Part shown: positions 46,800 to 55,796 of the stretch, piece after piece | Position numbering within the stretch: position 1 is the stretch's first letter | Layout: the number at the start of each line of letters is the position of its first letter | Assembly (NCBI GenBank): GCA_041665925.1 | Contig: JBAYHW010000001.1 | Span: 11,282 to 75,281 of the forward strand | From: Minisyncoccota bacterium | GTDB lineage: Bacteria; Patescibacteriota; Minisyncoccia; Phycocordibacterales; UBA9973 | DNA: 64,000 nucleotides | Reading direction: 5' to 3' | The notes under the pieces: model-generated | Database searches by the model: none | What the model was told of the DNA's origin: nothing | Seen by the model: only the letters and a program-made list of their open reading frames with translations | Made by a program: the position numbers and the translations under genes

Positions 46800-48188
46800 T
46801 TAAAAAATCTTATCCCATAAAACTATAAAACTAAAAATTCCAAAAAATATAAAAATAATTCCAATTATAATTTTCCGTATCCAAGTAGGACGGAAAACTT
46901 TAGGTAAACTTTTGTGATTAAGCCAAAAGACCAAGGCTAAATGCACGAACATTGCGAAGGCATTAATTACTGCACCAAGAACTATTAATGTTTTAGGTTC
47001 GTATATATTAAATAAAAATAAAATTATCCCAAAAATAATCTGCGCCCAAACAAAAGAATAATATATTTTTGAAAGATTAATTTTTCCCCTCTCTTGTCCG
47101 TGTAATTTTCTTATAGCTAAATTTTCTGCCATAATTCGAGAGGTGGAGTCCATTACACCCAACTGTGTCTGAAATAACATAATAGATACTACCACTAAAA
47201 ATAGGGTGCCGACAAAAGGAAAGACAATATTCCCAATAACGGCTCCTTCATTAATAACAAAATTAATTCCTTCGGTATTACCAGTTAAGCCGTGGGTTGT
47301 CGCGTAAGACAAAAGCATAAGAAAAATCATTGAAATTGCTCCTAAAAACCAAAACACAAAAGCGTGTTCAATGCTAATCAGTTTCCACCATTTTTTAAAA
47401 CGACTTATATCTTCGGGGGTCGCTGCACAATCTGTGCCATCAAGAATAATTTCCTGATCCTTTTCTTTAGAAAATAGACTAGCGATTTTCTGCGAATAAA
47501 CTCCCATACCATATCCTTTTTCTTTTATATAAATTGATTGAGTTAAATTTAAATTTCCTCCCGCTCCCGAATAAGCAAAAGCAGCCAAAAAGGTCGCAAT
47601 GCTAATACCTTCAGGTAAAAACCAAAATCCTTCCCCCTTCCCCATCATCCCTCTAAATAACATAATCCAATCTGCTTGGACAGCTAAAAAAACAGCCAAA
47701 AGAAAAATAAAAGGAACTCCAATAAGTATAATAATTTTTGTAATATGCTCCATCATCGCATAAACTGTTTTCCCCATACTCAAAACTAAACCAATAATTA
47801 ACAAAAATAAGATAGCGATCCATTTAAAGCTCTCAATGCCGAGCACGCTCGCCATGACTTTAGCTGACGCAGCGATAATTCCCGGCAAACCAAAACCAAT
47901 AAAAGTTGAAACAATGAACCAATACACTGCTGGCTTAAATAATTTATGTATACCCACAAAAACACTCTCCCCTTTTACAAGAGCATATCTCTCAATTTCC
48001 ATATTCATAAAATATTGGAAGGTAATCCCAAGAATAGCGCCCCAGGCAATACCTAAACCATAATTTGCAGCCAAATAAGGCCATAAAATCACTTCTCCAG
48101 ACCCAAGCCCAAGAGCCAAAATAATGAAACTCGGACCGATAAGTTTTTTTAGAGAAATAGGTTCTGGAAATAGTTTTGTTTCTTTCAT
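46800..48188 (-). CDS. NRAMP-superfamily-like membrane transporter (divergent)
   Basis: 'LIGPSFIILALGLGSGEVILWPYL' resembles the NRAMP N-terminal motif; 11-12 TMs. Confidence 0.45.
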   Translation of the reverse strand: MKETKLFPEPISLKKLIGPSFIILALGLGSGEVILWPYLAANYGLGIAWGAILGITFQYFMNMEIERYALVKGESVFVGIHKLFKPAVYWFIVSTFIGFGLPGIIAASAKVMASVLGIESFKWIAILFLLIIGLVLSMGKTVYAMMEHITKIIILIGVPFIFLLAVFLAVQADWIMLFRGMMGKGEGFWFLPEGISIATFLAAFAYSGAGGNLNLTQSIYIKEKGYGMGVYSQKIASLFSKEKDQEIILDGTDCAATPEDISRFKKWWKLISIEHAFVFWFLGAISMIFLMLLSYATTHGLTGNTEGINFVINEGAVIGNIVFPFVGTLFLVVVSIMLFQTQLGVMDSTSRIMAENLAIRKLHGQERGKINLSKIYYSFVWAQIIFGIILFLFNIYEPKTLIVLGAVINAFAMFVHLALVFWLNHKSLPKVFRPTWIRKIIIGIIFIFFGIFSFIVLWDKIF

Positions 48189-48278
48189 GATAATCGGTAT
48201 CCAAATTTTACCATATAGAGATTAGGAAATACAGAATAAATGAAAAACGTATATTTAAATATCTTCACCATAAACTTA

Positions 48279-49061
48279 TTATCTCATTACCTCTAACAAA
48301 TTTAAAAACGGATTTACTTCTTTTTGATTTTGTAAATACCACTCTGCGCGACTTGTTTTGTTTTTGCCCACTCGAATAGTTATCCCACCGCGACGTAGAG
48401 ACTTAAATGCATCTTCGTCTGTCTCACTGTCTCCAATATATATAGGAACTATGTTTTTTTGTAATTTCTTCTTTAAAATACGGAGGGCCTGTAAACAAGC
48501 AGTACCTTTGTTGATTTTTGTTTTAGGGCGAACTTCGAATGTTTTGTTGTCTAGCCTAACCTCAAGTAATCCCTCTTTTTGTATTTTGACTTCCATCCCC
48601 TTAAACCAAGATTTTAAAGACAGTACTTGCTTTTGCTTGACCATTCGGTAACCCAAGGCAATAGAGTATTTTTTATCTTCAAACACAATCCCTGGATATT
48701 TTTTAACATTTTCAATAAGCTCTTTTTTGATTTTTTGAATAGCTTTCCTCATGGGAGTAGTAATTCTCGAGTTTTTATATTTACCGTTTAGGTTGTGTTC
48801 CAACCCGTGATTCCCAACATATGGGATCCCTTTAATTCCGACTCTTTTTTGTATATCAGTTAATTTTCTGCCTGTAACTATGGTGATGGGCACATGTTTA
48901 ACAAGTTTCCTGAGTAGAACTTTTGTTTCCTTTGGTAAAAATGCCTTAGTCGGATTTTTTGCAAGTGGAGAAAGTGTCAAGTCAAAATCTAGAAATAAAA
49001 CTGGTGTGCTCGTCTTAAGCTTTTTTTTGATATGATAAATATTTTTGAAAACATATTTCAT
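48279..49061 (-). CDS. otsB: trehalose-6-phosphate phosphatase (HAD-IIB)
   Basis: 'LFLDFDLTLSP', 'GNHGLE'. Confidence 0.65.
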   Translation of the reverse strand: MKYVFKNIYHIKKKLKTSTPVLFLDFDLTLSPLAKNPTKAFLPKETKVLLRKLVKHVPITIVTGRKLTDIQKRVGIKGIPYVGNHGLEHNLNGKYKNSRITTPMRKAIQKIKKELIENVKKYPGIVFEDKKYSIALGYRMVKQKQVLSLKSWFKGMEVKIQKEGLLEVRLDNKTFEVRPKTKINKGTACLQALRILKKKLQKNIVPIYIGDSETDEDAFKSLRRGGITIRVGKNKTSRAEWYLQNQKEVNPFLNLLEVMR

Positions 49062-49062
49062 G

Positions 49063-51303
49063 TTAAATAAGACTATAGACCGCTTTGATGAATTCGGCAG
49101 ACCAACGATATATGTTGTAGTTCTTGATCGACTCTCTCATTTTTTTCATTCGGTTCTTTTGTTCAGAAAGTGGCATATTCAGTGCAAAATTAATAGCTTT
49201 AGATGTTTCTTCAGCGCTATATGGATTTACTACAAGTGCCCCCTTGATATCGCGCACAGCCCCGGTAAATCTGCTTAAAATCAGTACTCCTAGTTCATCA
49301 TCGCGAGCTGCAACATATTCTTTAGCCACAAGATTCATGCCGTCGTGCAGAGATGTAACCATGCAGACATCTGCTACCCTAAATAGAACCCCAAGCTCAT
49401 CGTGAGAATAGTGTTCTTTAACCAACACAATTGGTTCCCAGTTCTTTGTTTGAAATTTTGTATTAATACGCTCTGCTTCTTTGCTGACTTCTTCGCTAAA
49501 CTCTCTATATTTCGGTACGTTTTCACGACTCGGAGAAGCAATTTGAAGAAATGTAAAGTTTCCCTTGTAACTTGGATATGTGTCTAGAAAAAATTCCACA
49601 GCTTTGAAGCGTTCCAATAGCCCTTTGGTGTATTCCATGCGATCCACCCCAAGACCAATGTATTTGGAGCGTATGCCGAGTTTTTCGAGCTTCTTTTTAC
49701 CTTCACTATGGCTGTATTTTGTGTCGTTGCTACCACCAGAAAAATCTATACTTATGGGAAAAGATTTAACATAGCTTGTGTGTCCTTTGTAAGTTATCGA
49801 AAATTGTTCTAAGTCACTCAAAGATTCAAGCTCCTTGCTTACAGTATTTATAAAATTATTACAATATTGCTGGATATGAAATCCAATTATATCTGCTCCG
49901 AGCATGCCTTGTAATATCTCCTTTCGCCATGGACAAACACTAAAGGTTTCTGGTTCAGGCCAAGGAATATGCCAAAATATACCTATTTGTGCATCTGGCC
50001 TGCTTTTTTTTATCATCGCAGGCAGTAACGCAAGATGGTAATCCTGTATTAGAATTAGGGGATTTTGTATATTCTTCACCTCCTCAAGCACGCTTTTTGC
50101 AAAAACCCCATTAACTTTATTAAATTGCTCCCAGTCTTCTTGTCTGAAAATTGGTCTTGTGTGCACCATGTGGCATAGTGGCCAAAGAGCTTCACTAGAA
50201 AACCCTTGATAATATCCTTCTTCTTCTGCTTTTGAAAGCCACACCCTTTTAAGAGTGTATTTTGGTTCAAGCGGCGGGACTTGTATTTTCTGATCTTTGT
50301 CCACAGTCTCCTTGTCAGCATTTCCACTTCCCCAGGCAATCCATGTACCATTACACGCCTTCATGACTGCTTCAATTGCTGTAACTACACCACCAGCCGG
50401 CACCCTAAAATTAATTTTCCCTTTTGAAGTATAGTGTTCATAAGGTTCACGATTAGAGACTACAAAAATTGGCCTGTTTTTTAAAGAAGCTTTAATAAAT
50501 TCAGACAAGCGTTCTGAGGTCCAAGGACTATCAATTTTCTCTAGACGCATACGTGCCTCTTCCTGTGCAGAAACTCTCGCCTGAGATAGGCTCTTGCTCA
50601 TGTGGGTAATCTCCGTAGCAAGCGGAGAGAAAAAGGAATATTTATCTTTGTAGTTAAAATCTCCCTTGTTTTCGCCTGAACGTAATTTTTTTACCGATTC
50701 CACTAAACGAACAACCTGCTGTAATACAAAAAATCTCAGCACAAAAAAGATTGTGATGGAGAAAAGTATTATTTGTGTAAATAGTCGCAGTAAGCTATTT
50801 CTCCATATCTGAGCAATTCCTGTATCAATGTATCCGGCATTTTGCACAATCATCAATGCCCCCACAACACTATCACCATTATGTAGTGGGTCAATTCTTA
50901 CATATCTTTTTTCACCTTCTGCATCGAAAAAATCACTTTTTTTATTATTACCATCCATTACATCTGCAACTATCTGTGGGTTTTCTATTATACTTTTAGG
51001 TAATCCATCAGAACTTGCAATTAAAATCCCTTTATTGTCATAAAGAGCAAGACCAGCCAGACGTTCACGATTTGCAAATTTCTCTACAATTTTTTGTATA
51101 GAGTTATAGAAAGAAGATTGGGTGTTATTAGCATAATATGGTTCAACGGATTCCTTTAGGCTGTCCGATAAAAGAGAGGCCCGCTGTTCTAGGTTGGTTT
51201 GAAGTGTGGCCTCTTCTTGATTTACTTGTTTAAAGGTAAATCCTAGTGAAACCAAGCTTACCGCCAGAGCAACAATCCCTATAATGGCAAATATATACTT
51301 CAT
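49063..51303 (-). CDS. otsA: trehalose-6-phosphate synthase (GT20) fused to an N-terminal two-TM extracytoplasmic sensor-like domain and linker
   Basis: GT20 'IGIFWHIPWPEPETF', 'IGFHIQQYCNNF'; N-terminal 270 aa with TM-loop-TM. Confidence 0.75.
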   Translation of the reverse strand: MKYIFAIIGIVALAVSLVSLGFTFKQVNQEEATLQTNLEQRASLLSDSLKESVEPYYANNTQSSFYNSIQKIVEKFANRERLAGLALYDNKGILIASSDGLPKSIIENPQIVADVMDGNNKKSDFFDAEGEKRYVRIDPLHNGDSVVGALMIVQNAGYIDTGIAQIWRNSLLRLFTQIILFSITIFFVLRFFVLQQVVRLVESVKKLRSGENKGDFNYKDKYSFFSPLATEITHMSKSLSQARVSAQEEARMRLEKIDSPWTSERLSEFIKASLKNRPIFVVSNREPYEHYTSKGKINFRVPAGGVVTAIEAVMKACNGTWIAWGSGNADKETVDKDQKIQVPPLEPKYTLKRVWLSKAEEEGYYQGFSSEALWPLCHMVHTRPIFRQEDWEQFNKVNGVFAKSVLEEVKNIQNPLILIQDYHLALLPAMIKKSRPDAQIGIFWHIPWPEPETFSVCPWRKEILQGMLGADIIGFHIQQYCNNFINTVSKELESLSDLEQFSITYKGHTSYVKSFPISIDFSGGSNDTKYSHSEGKKKLEKLGIRSKYIGLGVDRMEYTKGLLERFKAVEFFLDTYPSYKGNFTFLQIASPSRENVPKYREFSEEVSKEAERINTKFQTKNWEPIVLVKEHYSHDELGVLFRVADVCMVTSLHDGMNLVAKEYVAARDDELGVLILSRFTGAVRDIKGALVVNPYSAEETSKAINFALNMPLSEQKNRMKKMRESIKNYNIYRWSAEFIKAVYSLI

Positions 51304-51365
51304 AAGTAAACTCTACCGAATATATATACACAGGTCAAGAAACTCAATACAAAAAATTCTTTTTT

Positions 51366-51439
51366 GGGTGCCTACAGGGATTCGAACCCTGACTAAGAGC
51401 TCCACAAGCTCTAGTGCTAACCATTACACCATAGGCACC
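51366..51439 (-). tRNA. tRNA-His (GTG), with encoded G-1 and C73
   Basis: cloverleaf GGTGCCTATGGTGTAATGGTTAGCAC..TTGTGGA..GGGTTCGAATCCCTGTAGGCACCC. Confidence 0.8.
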
Positions 51440-51477
51440 ATGTACTCTAATCTAACAGAAAAAGAAGCGCTTGCCAA

Positions 51478-54084
51478 TTAATTATGGCGAGCTTTTCTTC
51501 TCATTATGTATTTAGCCCCTTCTACTAGAAGAATATTTAAGATCAGCCAAAGTATAATTATAGGTGCTGAATACAAAGGTAGGGGAGAAAGCATAAATAT
51601 TTCTCGCATAAAAGGCAACCCCATGGTTAGCACTAAGAGCGCCACTCCCGCCAGTATACTCCAATTTAATTTTGTATTCGAAAAAATTTTATAAGAAAAA
51701 ATTGGTAAATGTAAACTGCGAAAAGAAAAAGCTATGACAAGTATATAAGAAGAAAAACAAACAAAAAATATTGACCTAACAACCGCCATGTCGAGACCGA
51801 CCTTCAGCATTACGTAATACAGAAGAAAAAGTAGTAACGAACTCAGCACCCCTATGCCAAACGTCAGCAATTTTACTTCCTTGGAGAAAATTAGCGTCAA
51901 TTCTTTTCCCTTAAATCGCTCTCCATCAATATCTTCATCAAAAGCAAAAGCTAGTGCTGGTAAAGACCCGGTAAAAAGATTAACCCATATAATCTGAAGT
52001 GCTGTCAGTGGTAATGGTAAATAAAAAATTAAACTTCCCCCAATTATAAATACCTCATCAAGCGAGTTCGACATAAGATACACAAATGTTTTCCGAATAT
52101 TTCCTAAAATTTTCCGTCCTTCATCTATTGCCAGACTTATCGTTTCAAAATTGTCATCGAGCAATACTAAATCTGCCGCACTCTTAGCCACATCACTGCC
52201 AGAACCTAGGGAAATTCCAATATCCATTGCCTTTAGGGCCGGTGCATCGTTCACCCCATCTCCAGTCATGGCCACCACCTCGCCTAGTTTTTGATAAAGT
52301 TGCCCAATGCGCAATTTATCTTCTGGGGTTACCCGAGCAAAAATTTTAATTTTTGGAATTATTGCTATTAATTCCGCATCAGAAAAAGTTCTCACATCTC
52401 CTCCGGTCAAGACTTCATCTTCTTTAACATGCCAATCCAAATCTTTCGCCACAGAAAACGCCGTCCCCACCAAATCGCCTGTAACTAAAACCATTTTTAT
52501 CCCATGAGACTCAATGTTTTTTATAGCCTTTGGAACCTCGGGCCTTATTGGATCAACAAACGTAAACATCCCTAAAAATTCTACACTTTCCACTTCTGAT
52601 AATGAAAATTCCTTTTTATTATGTTTCTTGTCCACCCTTCCTATTCCTATTATTCTCTTGCCTTCTCTACTTTCTTTTTCAATCCAATCTTCAATCTTCA
52701 AATATTCTTCTTTAGACAGATTGGATTTTTTTAAAAGAATATCCGGTGCGCCCATTAATATGTATGTTTTATCTTTTTCAGCAACTGAAAATTTATTAGT
52801 GGAATTAAATGGTAAAACCAAATGAGAAACAGAAGAAGATAAGAAGTGTAAAGGGACGTTGTGTGTACGACAGGCTTTCACAATATTAACTTCAAATGGT
52901 CGACCCTTAAAAGACCATTTCATTTTATCTTCGTTGGGGTTTTCTACAGACACATCCACATTAAGTAGCGCCAGCTCAAGAAGAGATTTCTGTTCATTTG
53001 AAAATCCTTCTTCTTTTAAAGAAACCCGCGCATTAAGAATGTGGTGTGTGCCATAAATACCGGTAAGACGCATATCGGCCAAAGTTAAGGTTCCCGTTTT
53101 GTCGGTCATAATTAAAGTGGTAGAACCGAGAGTTTCTGCGGCAGTAAGTTTCCTTACAACTCCTCTTTTTTGAGCTATTCGCAAAGACCCAATAGCTAAA
53201 ATTACAGTCAGAGCTATCGGCAATGATTCCGGCACAGCACCTACTGCTACTGCAGATGAGAGCAACAACATTTCAAAAAATGGTTCTCCTCGAAGGATCC
53301 CAAGAATAAGAATGCAAGCTACAACCACAACAACCACCAAGAATATAAGCCAGGCAAGTCTATCAACTCCTTTTTGAAGTGGGGTTTTGGTTTTATTCGT
53401 TTCCGAAACTATCCCCGCGATTTGTCCTATTTCGGTATCGTTACCCGTGGCACACACCACGGCAATAGCATACCCCTGCACCACAAGCGTTCCTGCGTGA
53501 GCAATATTTTTTCTTTCTGCCACGAGGGCACTGAGATTTACCGGCTCTTCATTCTTTTCAACTGGTAGTGCCTCTCCGGTAAGTATGGCTTCGTCTACTT
53601 GAAAATTATTAACAGATATTATTCTGGCATCAGCGGGAATACGAGCACCATAAGAGAGTTTTAAAACATCTCCAGGCACCACCATCTCAGAATCTATTTC
53701 TTGTTCTAATCCTCCACGAATTACTCTCGCCCTGTCCTTGATATAAGTTTTGAGTTTGTCGAGGGTGTTTTCTGCATTATATTCATGAAAAAATCCCAAG
53801 GCTACATTTAGTATAACCACAAACAACACCACCCACATATCCAACCATTCTTGAAGAATGGCAGTCAGCACCACTGAACCCAGAAGTAGAAATATTAAAG
53901 GACTTAAGAATTGTTTTAAAAATAAAATTACCGGATTGGTTTTACCCCTACCGTGAAAAACATTTTTCCCATATTTAGATAAGCGCGTTTCTGCTTCTTG
54001 GTCAGTAAGTCCTTGTGCCGACGTCTTTAATTGGTCAAATATTTCAGCGGAAGATAAAGACCATGATTGTTTTATGATTTGCAT
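51478..54084 (-). CDS. P-type cation-transporting ATPase (P2-type, Ca2+/Mg2+-like)
   Basis: 'DKTGTLT', 'TGDLVGTA', 'GDGVNDAPAL', 10 TMs. Confidence 0.85.
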   Translation of the reverse strand: MQIIKQSWSLSSAEIFDQLKTSAQGLTDQEAETRLSKYGKNVFHGRGKTNPVILFLKQFLSPLIFLLLGSVVLTAILQEWLDMWVVLFVVILNVALGFFHEYNAENTLDKLKTYIKDRARVIRGGLEQEIDSEMVVPGDVLKLSYGARIPADARIISVNNFQVDEAILTGEALPVEKNEEPVNLSALVAERKNIAHAGTLVVQGYAIAVVCATGNDTEIGQIAGIVSETNKTKTPLQKGVDRLAWLIFLVVVVVVACILILGILRGEPFFEMLLLSSAVAVGAVPESLPIALTVILAIGSLRIAQKRGVVRKLTAAETLGSTTLIMTDKTGTLTLADMRLTGIYGTHHILNARVSLKEEGFSNEQKSLLELALLNVDVSVENPNEDKMKWSFKGRPFEVNIVKACRTHNVPLHFLSSSVSHLVLPFNSTNKFSVAEKDKTYILMGAPDILLKKSNLSKEEYLKIEDWIEKESREGKRIIGIGRVDKKHNKKEFSLSEVESVEFLGMFTFVDPIRPEVPKAIKNIESHGIKMVLVTGDLVGTAFSVAKDLDWHVKEDEVLTGGDVRTFSDAELIAIIPKIKIFARVTPEDKLRIGQLYQKLGEVVAMTGDGVNDAPALKAMDIGISLGSGSDVAKSAADLVLLDDNFETISLAIDEGRKILGNIRKTFVYLMSNSLDEVFIIGGSLIFYLPLPLTALQIIWVNLFTGSLPALAFAFDEDIDGERFKGKELTLIFSKEVKLLTFGIGVLSSLLLFLLYYVMLKVGLDMAVVRSIFFVCFSSYILVIAFSFRSLHLPIFSYKIFSNTKLNWSILAGVALLVLTMGLPFMREIFMLSPLPLYSAPIIILWLILNILLVEGAKYIMRRKARHN

Positions 54085-54111
54085 TGATTGAATGCATTAT
54101 AGCAATATATC

Positions 54112-54498
54112 TCACTCTTTCAAATCAAGACAGACAGAATTTAAACAATATCTTTTTTTAGTTTCTGTGGGGCCATCATTAAACACGTGCCCGAGATGAG
54201 AGCCACAATTCGAGCAGGCAACTTCTGTTCGCTGCATTCCATGACTATTATCTTCAGTTTCTTTTACTGCTCTAGGAAGAGCTTTATCAAATGAAGGCCA
54301 GCCAGTCCCAGAATCAAACTTTGTGTCTGAAGGAAAAAGCATATTACCACAAACCACACAAGCATAAGTACCTTGACGCTTTTCGTGTAAATATTTCCCA
54401 CTCCCGGGTGACTCTGTTCCCTTCTCACGTAATACGTGATATTGCTCTGGCGTAAGTTTCTTTTTTAATTCTTCTTCATTTGGAGTATTCATATTCAT
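54112..54498 (-). CDS. msrB: peptide methionine-(R)-sulfoxide reductase MsrB
   Basis: CxxC pairs plus '[10 protein letters not shown]'. Confidence 0.85.
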   Translation of the reverse strand: MNMNTPNEEELKKKLTPEQYHVLREKGTESPGSGKYLHEKRQGTYACVVCGNMLFPSDTKFDSGTGWPSFDKALPRAVKETEDNSHGMQRTEVACSNCGSHLGHVFNDGPTETKKRYCLNSVCLDLKE

Positions 54499-54582
54499 GG
54501 TGCGCAGAGGGGGACTTGAACCCCCAAGGATTACTCCATACGAACCTCAATCGTACGCGTATACCAGTTCCGCCACCTGCGC
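54498..54582 (-). tRNA. tRNA-Leu (GAG), long variable arm
   Basis: GCGCAGGTGGCGGAACTGG...TTGAGGT...GGGGGTTCAAGTCCCCCTCTGCGCACCA. Confidence 0.8.
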
Positions 54583-55254
54583 ATAGTTTTTCTGTTGTTT
54601 CTTCTCAATTTGTAAAACTTTTTGTATTTTCAACTTTTTGCGAGACAAGCAAACAACTTTTTGATTGTAATACATTTTCTTGATAATTTCCAGCGCTTCT
54701 CTTTTTGCATATCTAAGACCATAAATCGAACCTTTAGTTTTTGACTTAGAAATATGACCTTTTATTCGTAATTTATTAAAAATTTCTTCACGAAGCCAAA
54801 AAATATGCTTTGAGCTGGCTGAGTTAAAAGTTAAATAAAACATATAACTAGATCGCCAACGTGGATCCCAATAAGAATAGAAGGATCCATCCCCGTCAAA
54901 ACTCCCACGCAAAAAATCAAAAAAATATTTATCTGGTATTGCTAGTCTCCCAATGGTTAATGATTTTTTAGGAGTCAATCCAATTGATAAAAGAAAATCA
55001 TAAAATATTCTATTTTTGAATTGAATTCTTAGACACCCATCCCCTTTACTGTTCCATTTATTACCTATAGTAAAATTCACATATAGGCATTTAGAAAAAT
55101 TTAACAACTGCTCCCTGTCTTTTGAAGTTAGGTCGATCAATAAGCCCCCATTTGAGAGATATCCATCTGTGGCAATTAAACCTACAGCATAAGCTAAGTT
55201 GGGTCTCCATTTTGTATCTATTATTTTTTTTGGTTGTGGTCCCCTCTTTCCCAT
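54547..55254 (-). CDS. LAGLIDADG homing endonuclease (two-motif, single-chain); last 12 codons overlap the tRNA-Leu 5' end
   Basis: '[14 protein letters not shown]' and '[11 protein letters not shown]'. Confidence 0.7.
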   Translation of the reverse strand: MGKRGPQPKKIIDTKWRPNLAYAVGLIATDGYLSNGGLLIDLTSKDREQLLNFSKCLYVNFTIGNKWNSKGDGCLRIQFKNRIFYDFLLSIGLTPKKSLTIGRLAIPDKYFFDFLRGSFDGDGSFYSYWDPRWRSSYMFYLTFNSASSKHIFWLREEIFNKLRIKGHISKSKTKGSIYGLRYAKREALEIIKKMYYNQKVVCLSRKKLKIQKVLQIEKKQQKNYAQVAELVYAYD

Positions 55255-55310
55255 ACCTATATTATATCACCTCAAGGTGATAGCGTCTACCAATTATTAT
55301 TAAAACAAAA

Positions 55311-55328
55311 ACCCACTTTTGTGGGGTT
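55311..55328. terminator. intrinsic terminator (acccac-tttt-gtgggg) after rplS
   Basis: hairpin plus T-tract. Confidence 0.5.
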
Positions 55329-55346
55329 ATGTTTTTCTTTGTTTAT

Positions 55347-55757
55347 TTATTCTGTTACTTTTTCTTCTACCTCTGGAGTTTCGTTTTCTAACGTAACTGA
55401 ACGCATTTTTCGGCGAACATCTTTCACCGCCTTGGTGCGAATGTAGTAAAGTTTACTCCTGCGAGCTCGAGCTCTTTTTGTGATTTCAATTTTTCCTATC
55501 ATTGGAGAGTAAAGTGGGAAAATTCTTTCCACGCCCACACCAGAAGCTACCTTGCGAACTGTAAAAGTCGCACCTGCTTCTGTCCCGTGCTTACGAGCGA
55601 GAACAATTCCTTCAAAGGCCTGCAGACGATACTTGCCTTTTTCATCAAGAATCTTTGAAGATACGTTTATGGTGTCTCCTGCCTTGAAATCAAGCTTTTT
55701 TCGCTCCTCAAGATCTACTGGACTAAATTTAATTTTGTTGATTTTATTTCCTGCCAT
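55347..55757 (-). CDS. rplS: 50S ribosomal protein L19
   Basis: L19 sequence. Confidence 0.9.
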   Translation of the reverse strand: MAGNKINKIKFSPVDLEERKKLDFKAGDTINVSSKILDEKGKYRLQAFEGIVLARKHGTEAGATFTVRKVASGVGVERIFPLYSPMIGKIEITKRARARRSKLYYIRTKAVKDVRRKMRSVTLENETPEVEEKVTE

Positions 55758-55796
55758 AGTTGATTTAATCTAACATATAGAATGTTTTTTTGCAAT

